A DNA stretch of 10,484 bases. Source: Candidatus Omnitrophota bacterium (GTDB lineage Bacteria > Omnitrophota > Gorgyraeia > Gygaellales > Profunditerraquicolaceae). Within the stretch, counting starts at the first letter, position 1. Each line of letters begins with the position of its first letter. The notes under the pieces are model-generated. The model made no database searches. It was not told the origin of the DNA and saw only the letters and a list, made by a program, of their open reading frames with translations. The stretch covers positions 1 through 10,484 of the forward strand of contig JBEKSD010000026.1 of assembly GCA_049517335.1 (NCBI GenBank), in the 5' to 3' direction. The translations under genes were made by a program, and so were the position numbers. Shown in pieces: positions 6,730 to 10,484 of this stretch.

Positions 6730-7785
6730 TCATAATTCTATCAATTCATAATCAAGGTTGCCCAAGCCAAGGCTATTCGCATATTTAAGTTGTATTGTTC
6801 CATCCCGCTGGGGATGAAGCTCCTGAAAAATATCCTTGCTGCATGCCTTATTTACCGAATCAAGACTCGCCTTATCAACGCTGACCGGATCAAGCGATGC
6901 GAATATCCCGATATCGGGTGCAATGCGCGGGTCGTCCTTAGCCAGACAATCGCATTCTTTGGTTATTTTAACGGCAAAATTAAAAAATGCGCTCCTTTTT
7001 TTATTCTTTAAAACAACGACCATCTTTTGCTGCAAGTTGCGCCTTCCCGATTCCCAGTTTACGTCTATCGCGCCTTGAGGGCAAACAGCAATACAACTGG
7101 CGCAACCAATGCATTTTAAGCCGTTAATGATTGATTTATTGTTTTCAATATGGATTGCTCCGGCCGGGCAAACCTTTAAGCACTCTCCACAGCCCGTGCA
7201 TTTAGTTTCATAAACAACTGGGGAAACATCCGAATGCTGCATAAGTTTCCCCGCTCTTGCGGCGCAGCCCATGCCGATATTCTTTAAACTGCCTCCAAAC
7301 CCGCACATAATATGCCCTTTAAAATGGCTTATTGCGATAAGTATATCCACCTCGGCAAAAATACGGGCAATTTTGGCCGTGCCTATGAATTTTTGATTAA
7401 TCTTTACATCAATTACGCTTTCTTTTTCCGTATCGTCAGGAATAATAATTCCTGTCCCGATAGATTCTTTCGTAAAACCGTGTTCTGCTGCGAGTGCCAA
7501 GTGGTCTTTGGAATTTGTCCGCCTGCCATGGTAAAGCGCATTTGTATCCGACAAAAATGCAGCAGCCCCTTTCTTGTTTATTTCGTCACAGATTACGCAC
7601 ACATATTCAGGTCTTACAAAGCCGGTATTGCCTTCTTCGCCAAAATGCATTTTGACGGCGGTTTTATAACCTCTGTGGACAAAATCAAGAATGCCGCTTT
7701 TCTCAAACAGGGCCCTTAGCTTAACTGAGACAGCATTAATGCCATCTGAGTTTTTAACAACAATATAATATACTTTGCTTTTCAT
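6730..7785 (-). CDS. DUF362-family iron-sulfur protein with inserted 2x[4Fe-4S] ferredoxin domain
   Basis: AVKMHFGEEGN, DTNALY.GRR, SHFKGH..CGFGGSLKNIGMGC, two CxxCxxCxxxCP motifs, ECDC, DIGIFASLDPVSVDKAS. Confidence 0.92.
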   Translation of the reverse strand: MKSKVYYIVVKNSDGINAVSVKLRALFEKSGILDFVHRGYKTAVKMHFGEEGNTGFVRPEYVCVICDEINKKGAAAFLSDTNALYHGRRTNSKDHLALAAEHGFTKESIGTGIIIPDDTEKESVIDVKINQKFIGTAKIARIFAEVDILIAISHFKGHIMCGFGGSLKNIGMGCAARAGKLMQHSDVSPVVYETKCTGCGECLKVCPAGAIHIENNKSIINGLKCIGCASCIAVCPQGAIDVNWESGRRNLQQKMVVVLKNKKRSAFFNFAVKITKECDCLAKDDPRIAPDIGIFASLDPVSVDKASLDSVNKACSKDIFQELHPQRDGTIQLKYANSLGLGNLDYELIEL

Positions 7786-7791
7786 ATGCGG

Positions 7792-8466
7792 CTACAATAC
7801 TTCCAGTAACTCAAGGACCTCCCGGATAACCAATGCGGGCTTTTCTTTCTTGATTTCTGTCAGTCTGCTTGAACCCGTAGCCACGATAATCGTGCTAATG
7901 CCGGCCCTGCGGCCTGCCTGCGCATCCAGCGCCATATCGCCTACATATAAAGCCTGTTTCGGCTTCAGGGAGAATTTCCTGATGATCCTGCGCAGAATTT
8001 CCGGGTTGGGCTTCCCATGTTTTAACTTATCGGCACAAAGCCAATAGTTGAAATATTTTTCTATTCCCAGATGGCGGATGAGAATCAAGGAGAACTTTGT
8101 GGGCCGGTTGCTCGCCACAGCTAGCTTATACCCTTTCTCCTTAAGGTAGCGCAACACATACTTAACATTGGGAAATAAACGGGAATATTTAAGTAAGGCT
8201 ATCTTATGATGGTTGCGGTATAAGAGAAGTGCCTTTACGAGGTCTTTCTTTTCCACAAAAGGGCTTAAAAGTTGTTTATCGCCCCACCCCACTGCCCGAC
8301 GTATAGTCAGATGATCCTCTGCCTCAAGCCCAAGCTTTTTTAAGGCATAATTAAAACTTCTTGAAATGGCGCCATAAGCATCAACTATTGTTCCGTCCAA
8401 ATCAAAAATAACCAGCTTAATATTATTTACCAGTCCCTTAGTAGCCGACAAAACTTTGCACCTCAA
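7792..8466 (-). CDS. HAD-superfamily hydrolase (phosphoglycolate phosphatase-like); start codon uncertain
   Basis: Motif I IFDLDGT, motif II VASN, motif III KPNP, motif IV YVGDMALD..AG..AG. Confidence 0.92.
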   Translation of the reverse strand: MRCKVLSATKGLVNNIKLVIFDLDGTIVDAYGAISRSFNYALKKLGLEAEDHLTIRRAVGWGDKQLLSPFVEKKDLVKALLLYRNHHKIALLKYSRLFPNVKYVLRYLKEKGYKLAVASNRPTKFSLILIRHLGIEKYFNYWLCADKLKHGKPNPEILRRIIRKFSLKPKQALYVGDMALDAQAGRRAGISTIIVATGSSRLTEIKKEKPALVIREVLELLEVL

Positions 8467-9151
8467 TACATAGGGCAGCCACGCCGATATCTTTGACTAA
8501 GTTATGCATTTCTTCAACCATCTTAGCCGGACCGAAAATAAAGACGCGGCGCTCTTTCAAGTCAATGACTTTCTCCAGCAGCAGCTCTTTATTAATCTTG
8601 CCGAATATGTAGTTTTTGTCATTGGGCTGGCAGTCAGTTACGGTATAAAGTACCTTTAAGTTTGGGTTTTCCTTCTGCCATGAATCAAGCTCCTTCTTAA
8701 AAGCAATCTCTTCTTCCGAGCGGTTGGAATACACCAGGACTATATCGGTACCGTATTTTTTCGCATCCATAAGATATTCTATAACGGAGATTACCGGAGT
8801 AATGCCTATGCCGCCGATTATAAATGCTACTTTTTGGTAAGACTCGTCAAAAGTACAGGAGCCTAAAGGGCCTTGCGCTAAAATAGAATCACCTGACTTC
8901 AAATTCTTTAATCTTTCGGAAAAAACGCTTCCAGTTAATCTTTTAGTTAACTCAATGTATTCTTTTTCCGGCGAAGATGAGACAGAAAGATACTTGTTTA
9001 ACTCTTTATTACCGGGGTTATTTTCATCAAAAATAAATTTTAAGAATTGGCCGGGGACAAAATCCATTCTTTCTTCCGGAAGGAAGCGGAAACTCTTGAC
9101 CGTAGGGGTCCTTTTTATCATCTCAACTAATTTCATCCTTAGTATTTTCAT
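8438..9151 (-). CDS. FAD/NAD(P)-binding oxidoreductase, ferredoxin-NADP+ reductase (FNR-like) family
   Basis: VKSFRF, F.PGQF, KYLSVSSSP, S.FS..L, GPLG, GGIGITP, LVYSNR, FGPAKM, C-terminal FVGY. Confidence 0.9.
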   Translation of the reverse strand: MKILRMKLVEMIKRTPTVKSFRFLPEERMDFVPGQFLKFIFDENNPGNKELNKYLSVSSSPEKEYIELTKRLTGSVFSERLKNLKSGDSILAQGPLGSCTFDESYQKVAFIIGGIGITPVISVIEYLMDAKKYGTDIVLVYSNRSEEEIAFKKELDSWQKENPNLKVLYTVTDCQPNDKNYIFGKINKELLLEKVIDLKERRVFIFGPAKMVEEMHNLVKDIGVAALCIEVQSFVGY

Positions 9152-9161
9152 AATAAATCTT

Positions 9162-9191
9162 ATTATACTTCTTCTTACAATTTAACGTCAA
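9162..9191 (-). promoter_or_regulatory. sigma70-type promoter of the FNR-HAD-DUF362-cyclophilin-GT gene run
   Basis: Minus strand TTGACG-18 nt-TATAAT, 10 nt upstream of the ATG at 9151, with no Shine-Dalgarno sequence. Confidence 0.65.
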
Positions 9192-9366
9192 CTATTTCTT
9201 CCGGCTCTGACCAAAAACCTGCCTCTTATATATGGTAAAGATACTTGTAGGACACAGGAATCCAGAATATAACACATCCATGTTCTAACTATGCGGACTT
9301 AGGGAAGAAGACCGCGAAGAAACCATACACGGCGGCCTTTTTAATGACGGAAGTTAAAGTCTTTAC

Positions 9367-9741
9367 CTAATAGGCATTTTTCTCAATAAAATCGATAAGC
9401 TGCGTTACATCCACCGGCTTTGCGATAAAACGGTTCTTGCCCATAATCCCACCATAGCTATCTACTTCGTCCTTCTTTATGGCTGCGGTTAAGAATACTA
9501 CGGGGATATTTTTGGTATCCTCATCGTTCTCCAGCTGGTAACATACATCTCCGCCGTCTATATCCGGCATCATAACATCCAAAAAAATTAAATTAGGCTG
9601 AAAATCCTTGGCAGCGGCAAGTCCCAGCACTCCTTTATTCTCGGTCCTAACTTCATATTTTCCGGTTTCCTCAAGATTCAATTTTATGAATTTAGTAAAA
9701 TCTTCTTCGTCGTCGATAAACAATATCCTCTTCTTTATCAT
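9367..9741 (-). CDS. Single-domain (CheY-like) response regulator
   Basis: ILFIDDE, IFLDVMMPDIDG, VFLTA, FIAKPV. An AGGAGG overlaps the upstream kinase stop codon. Confidence 0.95.
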   Translation of the reverse strand: MIKKRILFIDDEEDFTKFIKLNLEETGKYEVRTENKGVLGLAAAKDFQPNLIFLDVMMPDIDGGDVCYQLENDEDTKNIPVVFLTAAIKKDEVDSYGGIMGKNRFIAKPVDVTQLIDFIEKNAY

Positions 9742-9749
9742 ACCGCCTC

Positions 9750-10484
9750 CTACGTTATTGCCCTTAGGGCAACTATCAAACCTTTATGCATCTCAATTAT
9801 ACTGTGCGTAACGGATAATCCCAAACCATGCCCGCCGCGAGGGCCTTTGGTGGTAAAAAACGGGTCAAATACTTTTTTTAGGCTTTCCGGGGAGATTCCT
9901 TCCCCCGTATCTTCAATTTCTACCACTACAATATTTTTTCCTAATTGCAGATTATCAGCCTCTTTTCCTTCGATACCGTCTTTCATATTCTCCAACTGCT
10001 TATCATAACTACGGATGATAACCCTGCCTCCTGCTGGCATGGCCTGTATCGCATTTAATAGTATATTAATAAATACCTGCTCTAATCTGTTTTTATCTAC
10101 CAGCACCTTATGGATTTCGGGCTTGAACTCAGTAGTTATTGCGATATCCTTATTTGTGATGTGGCTTTCTATCAAACCTAGCGAGCTTTCAATGATATTG
10201 TTTATATTTTCCGGCTGCAGGTCTAGAACAGCCGCCCGGGAGAAATCAAGAAGCCCAGCTATGATTTTATCCGCTCTTTTTACGCTTTCCTTAAGTATAG
10301 ATACGGTCTCCTGAATATGGATATCCGTATTGGATAGCTTACTTTCCAGGTAATTCACTCCTTGCAATATTATCGCAAGCGGATTCCTTACTTCGTGCGC
10401 CACTCCGCTGGCTAACTGGCCGACAGCGGATAATTTCTCGGCCTGAATAAGCTGGGCTTGTGTTTCTTTTAGTTTTGTATATGC
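9750..10484 (-). CDS. NtrB-like sensor histidine kinase, 5'-partial (runs off the window), C-terminus apparently shortened
   Basis: The frame is open to the window edge: AYTKLKETQAQLIQAEKLSAVGQLASGVAHEVRNPL (H-box), NILLNAIQAM, DTGEGI, FDPFFTTK, GHGLGL. The track start at 10403 is an internal GTG. Confidence 0.92.
   Translation of the reverse strand, partial: AYTKLKETQAQLIQAEKLSAVGQLASGVAHEVRNPLAIILQGVNYLESKLSNTDIHIQETVSILKESVKRADKIIAGLLDFSRAAVLDLQPENINNIIESSLGLIESHITNKDIAITTEFKPEIHKVLVDKNRLEQVFINILLNAIQAMPAGGRVIIRSYDKQLENMKDGIEGKEADNLQLGKNIVVVEIEDTGEGISPESLKKVFDPFFTTKGPRGGHGLGLSVTHSIIEMHKGLIVALRAIT

Noticed and set aside
9192-9366. Intergenic region with a 29-codon minus-strand ORF (MDVLYSGF...) and possible ncRNA
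   Set aside because: No SD, recognisable motif, riboswitch consensus or strong stem.
6172-10314. Short + strand ORFs (6172, 6790, 6836, 7312, 7775, 8955, 9608, 10015)
   Set aside because: Antisense to clearly identified minus-strand genes.
1-10484. CRISPR array, rRNA, transposase or integrase
   Set aside because: No regularly spaced repeats or corresponding motifs seen.

Overview
Bacterial chromosomal window with three parts. (1) Positions 1-~690 are an AT-rich segment downstream of tRNA-Glu(CTC). It carries a prematurely terminated ORF with rolling-circle HUH Rep-like motifs, possibly the remnant of an integrated element. (2) Positions 1000-4633 (+) are a compact three-gene signalling operon: stand-alone FIST (NosP-like) protein, membrane-anchored GAF/HisKA/HATPase kinase, and REC-GGDEF(GGDDF) response regulator. 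It is bracketed by tRNA-Glu(CTC) and tRNA-Leu(GAG) and ends in a perfect 26-bp inverted repeat. (3) Positions 4846-10484 (-) hold a GT87-like membrane glycosyltransferase, cyclophilin, DUF362 Fe-S protein, HAD phosphatase, FNR-family flavoprotein, single-domain response regulator, and a 5'-partial histidine kinase that appears to lack its C-terminal GxGT hairpin. The most interesting items are the NosP/NahK/NarR-like FIST-kinase-cyclase circuit (apparently leaderless), the HUH Rep remnant at the tRNA 3' side, and a possible dual-start (exported/cytoplasmic) cyclophilin. All family assignments come from motif recognition by eye; no searches were run.
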